In this document: one piece after another, positions 11,138-20,452 of the stretch
Layout: each line of letters begins with the position of its first letter
How positions within the stretch are numbered: the stretch's first letter is position 1
NCBI GenBank assembly: GCA_002688015.1
Contig: NZBT01000008.1
Span: 2,852-66,851, forward strand
Length of the DNA: 64,000 nucleotides
Source of the DNA: Candidatus Pacearchaeota archaeon
GTDB lineage: Archaea; Nanobdellota; Nanobdellia; Pacearchaeales; GW2011-AR1
Direction: 5' to 3'
Notes under the pieces: model-generated
Told to the model about the DNA's origin: nothing
The model's database searches: none
What the model saw: the letters and a program-made list of their open reading frames with translations, nothing else
Translations under genes and position numbers: made by a program

Positions 11138-11857
11138 ATGGAACCTCTTGATTTTACAAGATTTTTTGAAGATAAAAACTATCTTAAACTAAAGAACAAT
11201 TTATTCAATTATCTTAACAGGAAACGTTTATTGAAACACTATTCAAAAAAATATATTAAACATCATCAAAGAATAGCAGATATTGGTTCTGGGATTTCTC
11301 CAGTCTCTCCAAAGCCTGAAAAGACACTGTTCATAGACATTTCATCTCCAGCCCTAGATGTCTTAAAAAAACAAGGACACAAAACTTTATACGGAAGCAT
11401 AACAAATCTTCCCATATCAAATAATACGTTTGATTCCATATTCTGTTCAGAAGTTTTAGAACATGTAGAAGATTATCTTTCCGCTCTCTCAGAACTACAT
11501 AGAATTCTAAATCCAAAAGGCATAGCTTTCATCACAGTCCCCTGCTGGATGCATTATTGGAACATTGATGATGAATTCGTAGGACATCACAGAAGATTCC
11601 ATCCAAATAAATTCAGAGAAAGGTTACAAGCTCAAGGTTTCAACGTTCTCGAAGTAAAAAAAATAGGATCAAAACTTGACCGTCTTCTCACATTACAAAC
11701 AGTGAAACAATTTGATAAAGCGAAAAAAATCAATTCCCTCCTCGTAAATCCATATATCGCAGCAAATCATCTTCTTTCTTATGCAATAACTCTTTCAACC
11801 TTCTTCTCCGAGGACAAATTATCCAATATCTTTCTCTTCATCTGTCAGAAAGATTAA
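11138..11857 (+). CDS. Class I SAM-dependent methyltransferase
   Basis: Motif I IADIGSGIS, motif post-I/II ...FDSIFCSEVLEHVED (Methyltransf_11-like). Confidence 0.75.
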   Translation: MEPLDFTRFFEDKNYLKLKNNLFNYLNRKRLLKHYSKKYIKHHQRIADIGSGISPVSPKPEKTLFIDISSPALDVLKKQGHKTLYGSITNLPISNNTFDSIFCSEVLEHVEDYLSALSELHRILNPKGIAFITVPCWMHYWNIDDEFVGHHRRFHPNKFRERLQAQGFNVLEVKKIGSKLDRLLTLQTVKQFDKAKKINSLLVNPYIAANHLLSYAITLSTFFSEDKLSNIFLFICQKD

Positions 11858-12689
11858 AATTCCCCTTGTCAAACTGCCTAAATTTCTTCAAATTCCATTT
11901 ACTCAACAAATATTTAGACATTGTATTCAAAACATTTAATCCATAGCTTATAACGTTAACATAACATTTCTCATCTCCATAATGTGTATCTATTGGAAGC
12001 TCAACAATTCTCTGTTTTGAAATAATTAATTGAACAATTATTTCTGAATCAAAATGAAAGTCATTGCTACATAAAGTAAACGGAATTTTCTTTAAAGCAT
12101 TTACAGAATAAAGTCTATATCCTGAATGGAATTCGCTAAGCCTTTGCCTTAAAACAATATTTTCTACAGTTGTTAAGAAAATATTCCCTAAATATTTGTA
12201 AAAAGGCATTCCCCCTCTCAATGGATGTCCGGCCATTCTACTTCCAAAAACCATTGCTGTCCTTTCCCCTTCTTCTAATGGTCTCAAAAGTCTAGGCATG
12301 TCTTCAGGACTGTATTGAACATCTCCATGAAGCATAACAACAATGTCATATCCTTTTTCTATAGCATGAGCATATCCCCATTTCTGATTCCCCCCATAGC
12401 CCCTATTCTTTTCTTGTCTTATAACAGTTAAATTTTTCTTCTTGTTTTTCTTCTTGTAATTTAGCGCTACTTCAGTTGTCTTATCTTGTGAAGAATCATC
12501 AGAAACAACTATCTCTTCTGCCTTCTCCCAAATCTCCTTAGGAATTCTATCTAACAAATTGGTAATTGTCCTCTCAGCATTATATGCCACAACTAACACC
12601 ATGATTTTCTTTTTAGTCATTAATCTTCTTGAAAATCTCGATATAAATAGATTGTTGTTACAGGAATAATTAATCAACCAACTATCCAA
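11838..12689 (-). CDS. Glycosyltransferase family 2
   Basis: N-terminal MVLVVAYNAERTI...; DxD-like VVSDDSS; 283 aa; GT-A fold features. Confidence 0.8.
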   Translation of the reverse strand: MDSWLINYSCNNNLFISRFSRRLMTKKKIMVLVVAYNAERTITNLLDRIPKEIWEKAEEIVVSDDSSQDKTTEVALNYKKKNKKKNLTVIRQEKNRGYGGNQKWGYAHAIEKGYDIVVMLHGDVQYSPEDMPRLLRPLEEGERTAMVFGSRMAGHPLRGGMPFYKYLGNIFLTTVENIVLRQRLSEFHSGYRLYSVNALKKIPFTLCSNDFHFDSEIIVQLIISKQRIVELPIDTHYGDEKCYVNVISYGLNVLNTMSKYLLSKWNLKKFRQFDKGNFNLSDR

Positions 12690-13105
12690 GATATGGTATA
12701 TATACCTGCGGCAGTGCTGGCTATTCCCCCTTCACAAAATATTGCTACAGTTCCCAAAGCATAACCTAAAAGACCCATTTTACTATCGCTCTTTTCCCTC
12801 ATAGTATTACTTCTCTTTATACAATCTGGATGAAATTTTCTCTCTGCATAATTAATTATAGGATCTACCTGGGCATGCACAAATTCTATTGCAAAATCTT
12901 TCCAGTTTCCAGTCTCTCTTTTTTCATTTCCTTTATAATTAATAAATCTGCTAATTCCCTCATTCATAATCCTAAATGCTCCTGGAACACCATCCATTCT
13001 GTCATGTCCTCCATTTTTCTCAAACTCCTCATATTCTCCTCTTTCAAGATTTTCAGCTTGCATTAAATATGATGGATAATCTGTTTTTTTCCCAGGATTT
13101 CCCAT
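12674..13105 (-). CDS. Hypothetical protein with C-terminal membrane anchor; likely 5'-truncated remnant
   Basis: 143 aa from first ATG; reading frame stays open and protein-like (…HEHSDHYGEDRYSFYHNLAEYTAGIEF…) for ~64 further codons upstream to a TGA at ~13295-13297 with no ATG/GTG/TTG. Confidence 0.35.
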   Translation of the reverse strand: MGNPGKKTDYPSYLMQAENLERGEYEEFEKNGGHDRMDGVPGAFRIMNEGISRFINYKGNEKRETGNWKDFAIEFVHAQVDPIINYAERKFHPDCIKRSNTMREKSDSKMGLLGYALGTVAIFCEGGIASTAAGIYTISWIVG

Positions 13106-13445
13106 GTCTTCTATTGCAAATCTTATGGGATTTAATACCCCTCTATAAAAATCCCATTTTAATCCAGGCCACGTATAAATATACGTACTAAATTCAATAC
13201 CTGCTGTATATTCTGCTAAATTATGGTAAAATGAGTACCTGTCTTCTCCATAATGGTCACTATGTTCATGTAAAAAATACTTTAAATGCTCTCGTCAAAT
13301 CTGTCAATTCAATTCTGCGTTTCTCACTCTATCTGATTCTTAAATTTATCTTTATCTTTTTTAGCTAAATACATCAATCTCTTGCTGACCTTCATAAAAA
13401 ATTCAAAATAAAAGGGTTTTTAAATCTTAACCTTTCAGAAAGACA

Positions 13446-13724
13446 ATGGTATTAGTAAAAATCCTTGGAGCAATAGATATAATTGCAGCCATGACTTTCT
13501 TATCATTAATATTTGGTCTTTCCCCTTTCATCCCGCTTATTCTCTTCTCTGCATTTCTCTTATTAGTAAAAGGTTTATTCATAATAACAGGAGATGTCCT
13601 GAGCATAGTAGACTTATTCTCCGCAATAATCTTAATCTTCTCCTTATTCACAACTCCCTTTTCAATCTTACTTTGGATACCAGCATTTTTACTATTAGGA
13701 AAAGGATTTATCAGTTTTGTTTAA
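13446..13724 (+). CDS. Small hydrophobic membrane protein (3 predicted TM helices)
   Basis: 92 aa strongly hydrophobic; TATA-like tttttaaat about 25 bp upstream. Confidence 0.4.
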   Translation: MVLVKILGAIDIIAAMTFLSLIFGLSPFIPLILFSAFLLLVKGLFIITGDVLSIVDLFSAIILIFSLFTTPFSILLWIPAFLLLGKGFISFV

Positions 13725-14516
13725 TCAGAAATTAAAATATCCTCTCTTTTCAGCTACAAGAACTCCTGCCCTATGTAGGGTTTCAATACTCCCAGCATCA
13801 GTCCAAAAATCAGTAACAACACTTGAGCCAGCTTCCGCAATTTCAATATAATGATTATTAACATCTGTAATCTCTAATTCTCCCCTAGCACTTCTTTTTA
13901 AATTCGGGATAACATTAAAGACATCGTTATCATAAATATAGGCTCCAGTAACTGCAAAATTCGTCTTTGGATTTACAGGCTTTTCTTCAATACCAAGGAC
14001 ATGTTCCAATTTATCTAATTCAGCAATACCATACTTTGCTCTTCTTCCTTTATCTGTTTCTTCATAAAGATTCTCATCAGGAACTTCTTTCAGAAATAAG
14101 TGCGCCCCATAAGCAAAGTTTTTAACAGCCCGTGAAAGAAAATCCTCTTGCCCATAAATGTTATCTCCAAGCATTACAGTAACATTATCATCTCCAACAA
14201 ATTCTCTAGCTAATCCAAGAGCTTCTGCAATCCCCCCAGCCCTATCTTGAACACCATAAGCAATAGAATTAATAGAATCACTAGCGATCCCCAACACATC
14301 TTCAAGCAGTTTCCCACTTCCAAGCAATCTCCCTACAGAATCAAAATGCTCTCCTCCCGTAACAACAAAGATATCCTTAATTCCTGCTCGAATAAGATTA
14401 TGCAAAGGATAGTAAATCATTGGCTTATCAAAAATAGGCAATAAATGCTTGTTCGTAACTGCAGTTAAAGGCATAACTCTGCTTCCAGTTCCTCCAGCAA
14501 GTAAAACTCCTTTCAT
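13725..14516 (-). CDS. rmlA: Glucose-1-phosphate thymidylyltransferase (RmlA-like, short archaeal type)
   Basis: MKGVLLAGGTGSRVMPLT...HLLPIFDKPMIYYPL matches RmlA N-terminal consensus. Confidence 0.85.
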   Translation of the reverse strand: MKGVLLAGGTGSRVMPLTAVTNKHLLPIFDKPMIYYPLHNLIRAGIKDIFVVTGGEHFDSVGRLLGSGKLLEDVLGIASDSINSIAYGVQDRAGGIAEALGLAREFVGDDNVTVMLGDNIYGQEDFLSRAVKNFAYGAHLFLKEVPDENLYEETDKGRRAKYGIAELDKLEHVLGIEEKPVNPKTNFAVTGAYIYDNDVFNVIPNLKRSARGELEITDVNNHYIEIAEAGSSVVTDFWTDAGSIETLHRAGVLVAEKRGYFNF

Positions 14517-15511
14517 CAGCTTGTTCTCCTATCTTTATCTTCTTTCAATTTCCCCCACCACTGCTCATTATCATTATACCATTCAACTGTGCTTTCCAAT
14601 GCACTAGAGAAATCGTGTTTAGGCCTCCATCCAAGCATCATAGCCTTCCTACCCTCCAAGGCATATCTCAAATCATGCCCCTGTCTATCTTCAACATATT
14701 CAATACTCTCTTCTCCATATCCCATTAAACCCAATATTTTATGTGTCAAATCAAAATTACTAACTTCATTTCCTCCCCCAAGATTATATATCTCTCCTGC
14801 TTTTCCTTTTTCTGTAACAGTCCAAATACCTTCACAATTATCTTCCACATAAATCCAATCTCTAACATTCTCTCCAGTTCCATATAATGGAACCTTCCTT
14901 CCTTGCATCAAATTAGTTACAAAAAGAGGAATAACTTTTTCAGGAAATTGAAAAGGTCCAAAGTTATTTGAAGAACGCGTCACAACAACGTCTAATCCAA
15001 ATGTATTCTGATAAGCCAATGCTAACTGCTCTCCTGCTAATTTAGATGCACTATACGGATTTCTAGATCTCACTTTATCTTCTTCCGTTGAAGGAGGATC
15101 TCTTGGACTTATACTCAAAGATCCATATACTTCATCCGTAGAAATTTGGACAAATCTTTTAACGCCTTTCATTTTCGCAACTTCTAATAAATTTTGAACT
15201 CCAGAAACGTTATTCATAAAGACTTTTGTAGGATTAGTTATAGATGTATCAACATGAGATTCAGCAGCAAAATTAATAACGATATCTCCTTCCTCAATCT
15301 TTCTTGTCATCGCAAGAGGGTCGCTAATACTATCATGCACAAATTTATAATTTGGCTTTCCTTCTAATTCTCTCACAGAAGTATGAACTCCAGAACTAAG
15401 ATTATCAATATTTACAATTTGATATTCTGGATGGTTTTCAAGCATAAATCTAAGAAAGTTAGCCCCAATAAATCCAGCTCCCCCTGTAACAACAACTCTT
15501 TGATCTATCAT
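14516..15511 (-). CDS. rmlB: dTDP-glucose 4,6-dehydratase
   Basis: VVVTGGAGFIGANF; catalytic YSASK; 331 aa; directly upstream of rmlA with 1-nt overlap. Confidence 0.9.
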   Translation of the reverse strand: MIDQRVVVTGGAGFIGANFLRFMLENHPEYQIVNIDNLSSGVHTSVRELEGKPNYKFVHDSISDPLAMTRKIEEGDIVINFAAESHVDTSITNPTKVFMNNVSGVQNLLEVAKMKGVKRFVQISTDEVYGSLSISPRDPPSTEEDKVRSRNPYSASKLAGEQLALAYQNTFGLDVVVTRSSNNFGPFQFPEKVIPLFVTNLMQGRKVPLYGTGENVRDWIYVEDNCEGIWTVTEKGKAGEIYNLGGGNEVSNFDLTHKILGLMGYGEESIEYVEDRQGHDLRYALEGRKAMMLGWRPKHDFSSALESTVEWYNDNEQWWGKLKEDKDRRTS

Positions 15512-15564
15512 CTCCCTTACTCTCAGAAAATCGTTATAAACTTAATTATCTTGGAATATATATT

Positions 15565-16002
15565 CTATATTCTCTTACTTATCCAATTGAAGAAGAAAAA
15601 TTCTCTTCTATGAAGTCTCCCTTTATATGTCAAGGAGAGCAGATCAGTCAAAGAGTGGAAAATCATTCCTACAAAAATGTAAAAAAATCCAATCCAAAAA
15701 ATTCCGAGTAATCCTATTAAAGCATGAAACTCAATTGTATGAAACAAATGAAAATCACTCTTCTTTCTAATTCCCCTTGCAATCTCCTTCTTCTCTTTAA
15801 TATTATTTTTTCTATGGTATTCAAATATCTTCTTTAGAGATAAGCTCCCAGTTCTTTGCCATCCAGTAATATAATGATCAAAATCAATAAGAAAGGAAGA
15901 TAAAAATATTAAAGATAAATTAAAAAGCCCAATTCCTGGAGATAAGAGATATAAAACTCCTGCAAAAATTAATCCTAATAAAATATGATATCTTGGTAAC
16001 AT
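15565..16002 (-). CDS. Membrane-bound metal-dependent hydrolase-like protein (YdjM/DUF457-like)
   Basis: 145 aa, 3-4 TM segments, FLIDFDHY motif. Confidence 0.4.
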   Translation of the reverse strand: MLPRYHILLGLIFAGVLYLLSPGIGLFNLSLIFLSSFLIDFDHYITGWQRTGSLSLKKIFEYHRKNNIKEKKEIARGIRKKSDFHLFHTIEFHALIGLLGIFWIGFFYIFVGMIFHSLTDLLSLTYKGRLHRREFFFFNWISKRI

Positions 16003-16037
16003 CTTCCATAAAGCGAATAAATCTTTTTAAAACCTTA

Positions 16038-17543
16038 CTAAGATTCAATCCTTCCAATTATATCTGCAAATGCTGGCCTTGTAATCAAAACTCCTGCTGT
16101 TATTCCCAAAATTGTTGTGAAAGCAAATCCTTTAAACAATCCAGCTCCAGCCCACCATAAAGGCAGCAAAGCAACAACAGAAGTCAAATAAGCTGTCACG
16201 ATAACAAACAAAGCTCTCTTAAGTCTTTGATTTATTCCAAGTGTCTTCTCCTTGGAAGCTTCATCCAAAATAACTATCTGTTGGTCTACTCCTGTACCAA
16301 TTGTGGCCAAGATTCCAGCAATACTTGGCAGATCCAAATTCCATCTTATCAAAGCTGCAAATCCTAATATAATTAACAACTCTGAAAATGAAGTAAGCAA
16401 TAGAGCTAAAGAAGATTTGAAATTCCTATATCTTATCAAAACAATCAAAGAAACAAGAACAATTGCTGCACTTCCAGCCAATAAAATAAGATATGCAAAA
16501 CTCGCTCCCAAAAGAGGGGAAATTGTATCAAGTTTAACTATCTCTAACTTGTAAGGCAGACTTCCTGTAATCAAGATAGTCTGTAATCTACTCATATCAC
16601 TCTTAGCATTATTAAACGCATCTTCTCTTGTTATTCCTTGTCCACTGCCTTGAATACTTATTTGACTCGTAATCTGTCCTCTCAAATTGCTAGAAATCAA
16701 CAAAGAATCAACTTCTACATCATCAACATACAAATAAAGTCTTTCATCTAAATATCTTCCAGTCTCATCCAATCCTAAATCTTCAGTCATTTTAGCATGC
16801 CTTTTAGCAGCATCAGCAGTTAAGAATATTGTAAATGCAAAATTACAAGAATATCCACCTTCCACAGGGAAACATCCAGTTATAGAAGCACAAGAAGCAT
16901 CATTTCTACATACATCATTTATATCTTCTCCCCCAACAAATGCAGTATCATTTCCTATTCTAGCTTCAAACTTACCTTGCTGTCCTATCAAGCTCTGCAA
17001 ATCATCAGGACTAGCTCCAGCAACTTCTACTAACATAAATTTATTCCCCTGTAAATCAGTAACTCCTTTTATTTGAACGTCAGAAAGTCCGTAAACGTTA
17101 AATCTATTTCTACTAATCTCAATTAAATCTTCTAATTGATCTTGACTCAAAGAAATCTCTTCTGCTTCTACTAATGCTCTTGCTCCTCCCCTCAAATCAA
17201 GGCCAGTTTGGATTCTAGTTTTAGAAATATCTGCCACGGTAATTTTAAAGCTCTCATTAACTAACAAGGTATATTGATTTTTATCAGTCACAATATCAAC
17301 TCTCTTTTCAACATTATCTGAAAAGATCTCTGTAACAACATTTCCATAATCTCCCTTATTTTCTATTTCCATACCATTAATAGATTTAATCACATCTCCC
17401 TGTCTTAATCCTTCTCCATACAAGAGAGAATCCTTATCAAGAGAATCTACAACAACTCCTGTATCAAAACTAGGTCTAATCGCTAATAAAGACAAAAGAA
17501 TAGCCACAATCAATATCCAAACTCTCCATCCGATTTTCATCAC
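16038..17543 (-). CDS. secD: Protein-export membrane protein SecD (archaeal)
   Basis: 501 aa; N-terminal TM, large extracytoplasmic domain, C-terminal 5-6 TM bundle typical of SecD; ATGA overlap with upstream secF. Confidence 0.8.
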   Translation of the reverse strand: MMKIGWRVWILIVAILLSLLAIRPSFDTGVVVDSLDKDSLLYGEGLRQGDVIKSINGMEIENKGDYGNVVTEIFSDNVEKRVDIVTDKNQYTLLVNESFKITVADISKTRIQTGLDLRGGARALVEAEEISLSQDQLEDLIEISRNRFNVYGLSDVQIKGVTDLQGNKFMLVEVAGASPDDLQSLIGQQGKFEARIGNDTAFVGGEDINDVCRNDASCASITGCFPVEGGYSCNFAFTIFLTADAAKRHAKMTEDLGLDETGRYLDERLYLYVDDVEVDSLLISSNLRGQITSQISIQGSGQGITREDAFNNAKSDMSRLQTILITGSLPYKLEIVKLDTISPLLGASFAYLILLAGSAAIVLVSLIVLIRYRNFKSSLALLLTSFSELLIILGFAALIRWNLDLPSIAGILATIGTGVDQQIVILDEASKEKTLGINQRLKRALFVIVTAYLTSVVALLPLWWAGAGLFKGFAFTTILGITAGVLITRPAFADIIGRIES

Positions 17544-18574
17544 TTAAGGCCTCCCAGTCCTTTCTTCTCAACATACAATTTCAATATGCTTGCATTTCCT
17601 AACCAAGTGTTAAGAATATCAAAACCTAATCCAATAATTAAAATAGTAAATATTTGCTTTAGAGTTTCTGAAAAGTTATAAATAATGAAAAGAGAAACAG
17701 CAACTGCGGCCATACTTGTTAAAGTCATTGTAATTCCAGTCTTAAATGCATCAAACATTCTTTTGTTAATACTCCCTTCATGCCTTTTTACTAGTCTGCT
17801 TGTCAAAAGTATATCTGTATCAACACTATATCCTATCAACATTAAGAATGCAATAACTCCAGCTATAGACAGTTCCATTCCCAATAGATTAACAAGAGCA
17901 ATTGTCATAACAATATCTGCAAACGCACTCAATATAACTGCCGCACTGGGTATTGAATAGATAATATAAATCAAAATAAGAGCTAAAACAATTAATCCAA
18001 TAAGAACCGGCAAAGCAGACTTAAACAATAAAACAGCAGCAATTATAGTTAAAATCACAGAAATGGATTTCATTTTCTTTGACTTTCCGAAAATTAAGAA
18101 AACAACAAGCCCCATAAATAGAAAAGCAGTAAAAATAGCATTTCTAACTTGCTGATAAAATCCTTTAGATAATGTTTCCCCAGTAAATTCAATACTACTA
18201 TTCTGTTGATTCAACTCATACCCTAAATAATTTTCTAACGCTCCAGTAATCTCATCAACTCCAGCCCTTGTTTCAACAAAAAAACCTTGTTGTTTTCCAG
18301 TTCTAAAGTCAGAAATTTCTCTCGCTCTTAAATCAGGAAACTCTTCTAAAAGCTTAGATTTCAAATCATCAATCTCAACATTTCCATCAAAAACACTTAC
18401 ACTTGTTCCCCCAGTTAAACTAACATCTTTCCTTATTATATCTCCTGTATTCTGAACAAATCCATATAAATATACTAGGGAAAACAATAACAATATTGCT
18501 GGAATTATCAACAATAGCTTATATGACTTATCATACCAGTTTTTTCTCTCAGAACTTTCTTCATTATGTTCCAT
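17540..18574 (-). CDS. secF: Protein-export membrane protein SecF (archaeal)
   Basis: 344 aa; SecF-type TM bundle ...MLIGYSVDTDILLTSR...; precedes secD as in archaeal secFD operons. Confidence 0.8.
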   Translation of the reverse strand: MEHNEESSERKNWYDKSYKLLLIIPAILLLFSLVYLYGFVQNTGDIIRKDVSLTGGTSVSVFDGNVEIDDLKSKLLEEFPDLRAREISDFRTGKQQGFFVETRAGVDEITGALENYLGYELNQQNSSIEFTGETLSKGFYQQVRNAIFTAFLFMGLVVFLIFGKSKKMKSISVILTIIAAVLLFKSALPVLIGLIVLALILIYIIYSIPSAAVILSAFADIVMTIALVNLLGMELSIAGVIAFLMLIGYSVDTDILLTSRLVKRHEGSINKRMFDAFKTGITMTLTSMAAVAVSLFIIYNFSETLKQIFTILIIGLGFDILNTWLGNASILKLYVEKKGLGGLK

Positions 18575-18611
18575 ATCTTTTTATAGAAGAAATAGGGTTT
18601 TTAAACTTATT

Positions 18612-18974
18612 TTAAGCCTGTGCAAGATACCTTCCTTCCATCATTTCATCAAATTCTCTTAACTCTCTTTCTTTTCTCTCTTCTCTCAATTCTCTATCAA
18701 ATTCTTCATACCAATCTAAGAAACTAATTATCGCAGGTTTTAAAGAATCTCTAGCCATCTTTCCAGCAGTTTCTGTCCCTGCCTCAACTGTAATATCTCC
18801 GCCTTTCTCCAAAGCACTCATGGAGTATTCTTCAACTTTATTTCCTATATTCTCTTCTGAAAAAGCTTCTCTTACATCTAAAGCAAGCTCAACTGTATAA
18901 TATGTCCCAAAACCAAGAACAGAAATCAAACTAACATAAACTGCAGTTCTAAAATATCCCTTCCTTTTCATCAA
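18612..18974 (-). CDS. Hypothetical protein with N-terminal TM anchor
   Basis: 120 aa; one N-terminal hydrophobic helix, charged C-terminal region (ELREERKERELREFDE). Confidence 0.4.
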   Translation of the reverse strand: MMKRKGYFRTAVYVSLISVLGFGTYYTVELALDVREAFSEENIGNKVEEYSMSALEKGGDITVEAGTETAGKMARDSLKPAIISFLDWYEEFDRELREERKERELREFDEMMEGRYLAQA

Positions 18975-19022
18975 TTAAAGAAGCAGAGAAACTATATAAT
19001 TCTTCTCTCCAAAAGAAAAAAA

Positions 19023-19093
19023 TGCGCGATAGGGGAATCGAACCCCTGCCAATTGGTTGGAAACCAATTATTCTACCACTAAACCAATCGCGC
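19023..19093 (-). tRNA. tRNA-Gly (anticodon UCC)
   Basis: Reverse complement folds into cloverleaf: acceptor GCGCGAT, anticodon stem ATTGG/CCAAT, loop TTTCCAA, T-loop GGTTCGATTCC. Confidence 0.85.
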
Positions 19094-19141
19094 TTAACTA
19101 TATCTCACATAAATGTCTTTTAAACTTTATGATTGTTCAAA

Positions 19142-19217
19142 CGGCCCTGACAGGATTTGAACCTGCGACCTATTCCTTAGGAGGGAATCGCTCTAATCCG
19201 GGCTGAGCTACAGGGCC
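19142..19217 (-). tRNA. tRNA-Arg (anticodon CCU)
   Basis: Acceptor GGCCCTG/CAGGGCC, D-arm GCTCAGCCCGGATTAGAGC, anticodon loop CTCCTAA, T-loop GGTTCAAATCC. Confidence 0.85.
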
Positions 19218-19257
19218 TTAATTATCTAACAGGAAATTGGGTTTTAAAATTAACTAT

Positions 19258-19731
19258 CTATGGAAGTATATCTTCAAAATTTTCAACTGGTCCTATCCTA
19301 CTCCAACTAGAACGCTTAAGAGTATCAAGGTCAGCAATTCTTTTTCTATGATCTTCTTCAGCCCTTTCATAAGTCTCAGAATGCATTTTATCAATTCCAG
19401 TTCTTCTTCGCATAAACTCAGCCACTACTTGATTATGTGAATCAACTAGTCCTTGATACTGCTCAGGAAAGAGGGCAGCAATCTTTTTCACTATGTAAGG
19501 TCCAGTTTTGACAACTCTATGTTCTTTAGTATGCCCTTCAACTGCCTCTCCAGGATAAAAAATTAATGTTCCTTCAGGACTTTTATCTGTTCCAGAATAA
19601 ACCAATCTCCAGTCAGGATTTTTCACAGATCTATGCTCATTGTCTACAATTAAAACAGGCCCTTCTTTCAGATCCAAAAAACCTCCAAGTGGCTTAGTCC
19701 TGTATACTCTAAAACGTTCTCCTTCTTCCAT
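19258..19731 (-). CDS. Hypothetical protein (Arg/Gly/Pro-rich, compositionally atypical) sandwiched between tRNA genes
   Basis: 157 aa ORF, no recognisable motif; composition unlike Lys-rich neighbours. Confidence 0.5.
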   Translation of the reverse strand: MEEGERFRVYRTKPLGGFLDLKEGPVLIVDNEHRSVKNPDWRLVYSGTDKSPEGTLIFYPGEAVEGHTKEHRVVKTGPYIVKKIAALFPEQYQGLVDSHNQVVAEFMRRRTGIDKMHSETYERAEEDHRKRIADLDTLKRSSWSRIGPVENFEDILP

Positions 19732-19770
19732 CTAAAAACTTCCAATGATAAGTATTAAGAATTATTGTAA

Positions 19771-19854
19771 TGCGGGTAAAAGGATTCGAACCTTTGTAAG
19801 CACTAAGCTAACGGATCTTGAGTCCGTCCCGTTTGACCGCTCCGGCATACCCGC
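19771..19854 (-). tRNA. tRNA-Leu (anticodon CAA), class II with long variable arm
   Basis: Acceptor GCGGGTA, anticodon stem ACGGA/TCCGT, loop CTCAAGA, long variable arm, T-loop GGTTCGAATCC. Confidence 0.85.
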
Positions 19855-19873
19855 ACGATTTATTGAATATGGA

Positions 19874-19882
19874 AACCTTTTT
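19874..19882 (+). promoter_or_regulatory. Archaeal TATA-box-like element upstream of 5S rRNA
   Basis: ctttttaaat about 25 nt upstream of the predicted 5S 5' end. Confidence 0.4.
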
Positions 19883-19905
19883 AAATGAAACTATTTTAGC
19901 AAAAT

Positions 19906-20022
19906 AGAAGACGGTCACAGTAATGTGGAAACGCCTGTTCCCATTCCGAACACAGAAGCTAAGCACACTACGTCCGTTGCATTAGTCTCCGTCAAGAGGC
20001 GAAACTCGGATGCTGTCTTCTT
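19906..20022 (+). rRNA. 5S ribosomal RNA (solitary, not linked to 16S/23S in this window)
   Basis: Contains conserved ...CCCATTCCGAACACAGAAGCTAAGC... loop C/helix III region; terminal helix AGAAGACGG/CTGTCTTCT. Confidence 0.8.
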
Positions 20023-20031
20023 TATTTTTTT
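20022..20031 (+). terminator. Oligo-T tract terminator after 5S rRNA
   Basis: tttattttttt immediately 3' of 5S terminal helix, typical archaeal intrinsic termination signal. Confidence 0.4.
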
Positions 20032-20116
20032 CTAAGAATGATACCAATCTAATACTTACGAAACTAATTCAAGAAATAAATAAGTTAAAGAAAATAAAAA
20101 AATAAGTTAAGAGGGT

Positions 20117-20452
20117 TTACCTCTTTGCTATCTTAAGGACATGTCTTATAGCTACTACAATTGTTGCAGGTACAAACAGCAACAACAACGCATCAACAAC
20201 AGTGGACAATCTAGTAACTACACTAAGAGTTTCCTGTCCAAATGAGCTAACGATCACTAAGACTGCTCCAGACATCAGAAATGGTGCGCTTTCTTTATCT
20301 GCAATATTCAAAAGTCCTATAATAACTCCAACAACCACTAAGATTGTTGCCATTGTTCCTGTAACGTTTCCTAGGAAACCTAGAACTAATGCCAATACAA
20401 CACCGATAAGGAATGCCCATCCCCCGATTACATTTCCCGCTTTTTTAGCCAT
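20117..20452 (-). CDS. Small membrane protein (3 predicted TM helices)
   Basis: 111 aa, highly hydrophobic with Gly/Val/Leu-rich helices. Confidence 0.45.
   Translation of the reverse strand: MAKKAGNVIGGWAFLIGVVLALVLGFLGNVTGTMATILVVVGVIIGLLNIADKESAPFLMSGAVLVIVSSFGQETLSVVTRLSTVVDALLLLFVPATIVVAIRHVLKIAKR

Noticed and set aside
13105-13297. Possibility that the in-frame TGA upstream of ORF 12674-13105 signals a recoded genetic code (UGA as sense)
   Set aside because: TGA clearly acts as a stop elsewhere, e.g. the rps13 stop overlapping the rps4 start as ATGA at 34554-34557. Standard code and a decayed 5' end are more parsimonious.
13427-13651. 74-aa minus-strand ORF overlapping the small membrane protein gene
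   Set aside because: The plus-strand ORF encodes a coherent 3-TM hydrophobic protein with an upstream TATA-like box. The minus-strand reading has no features.
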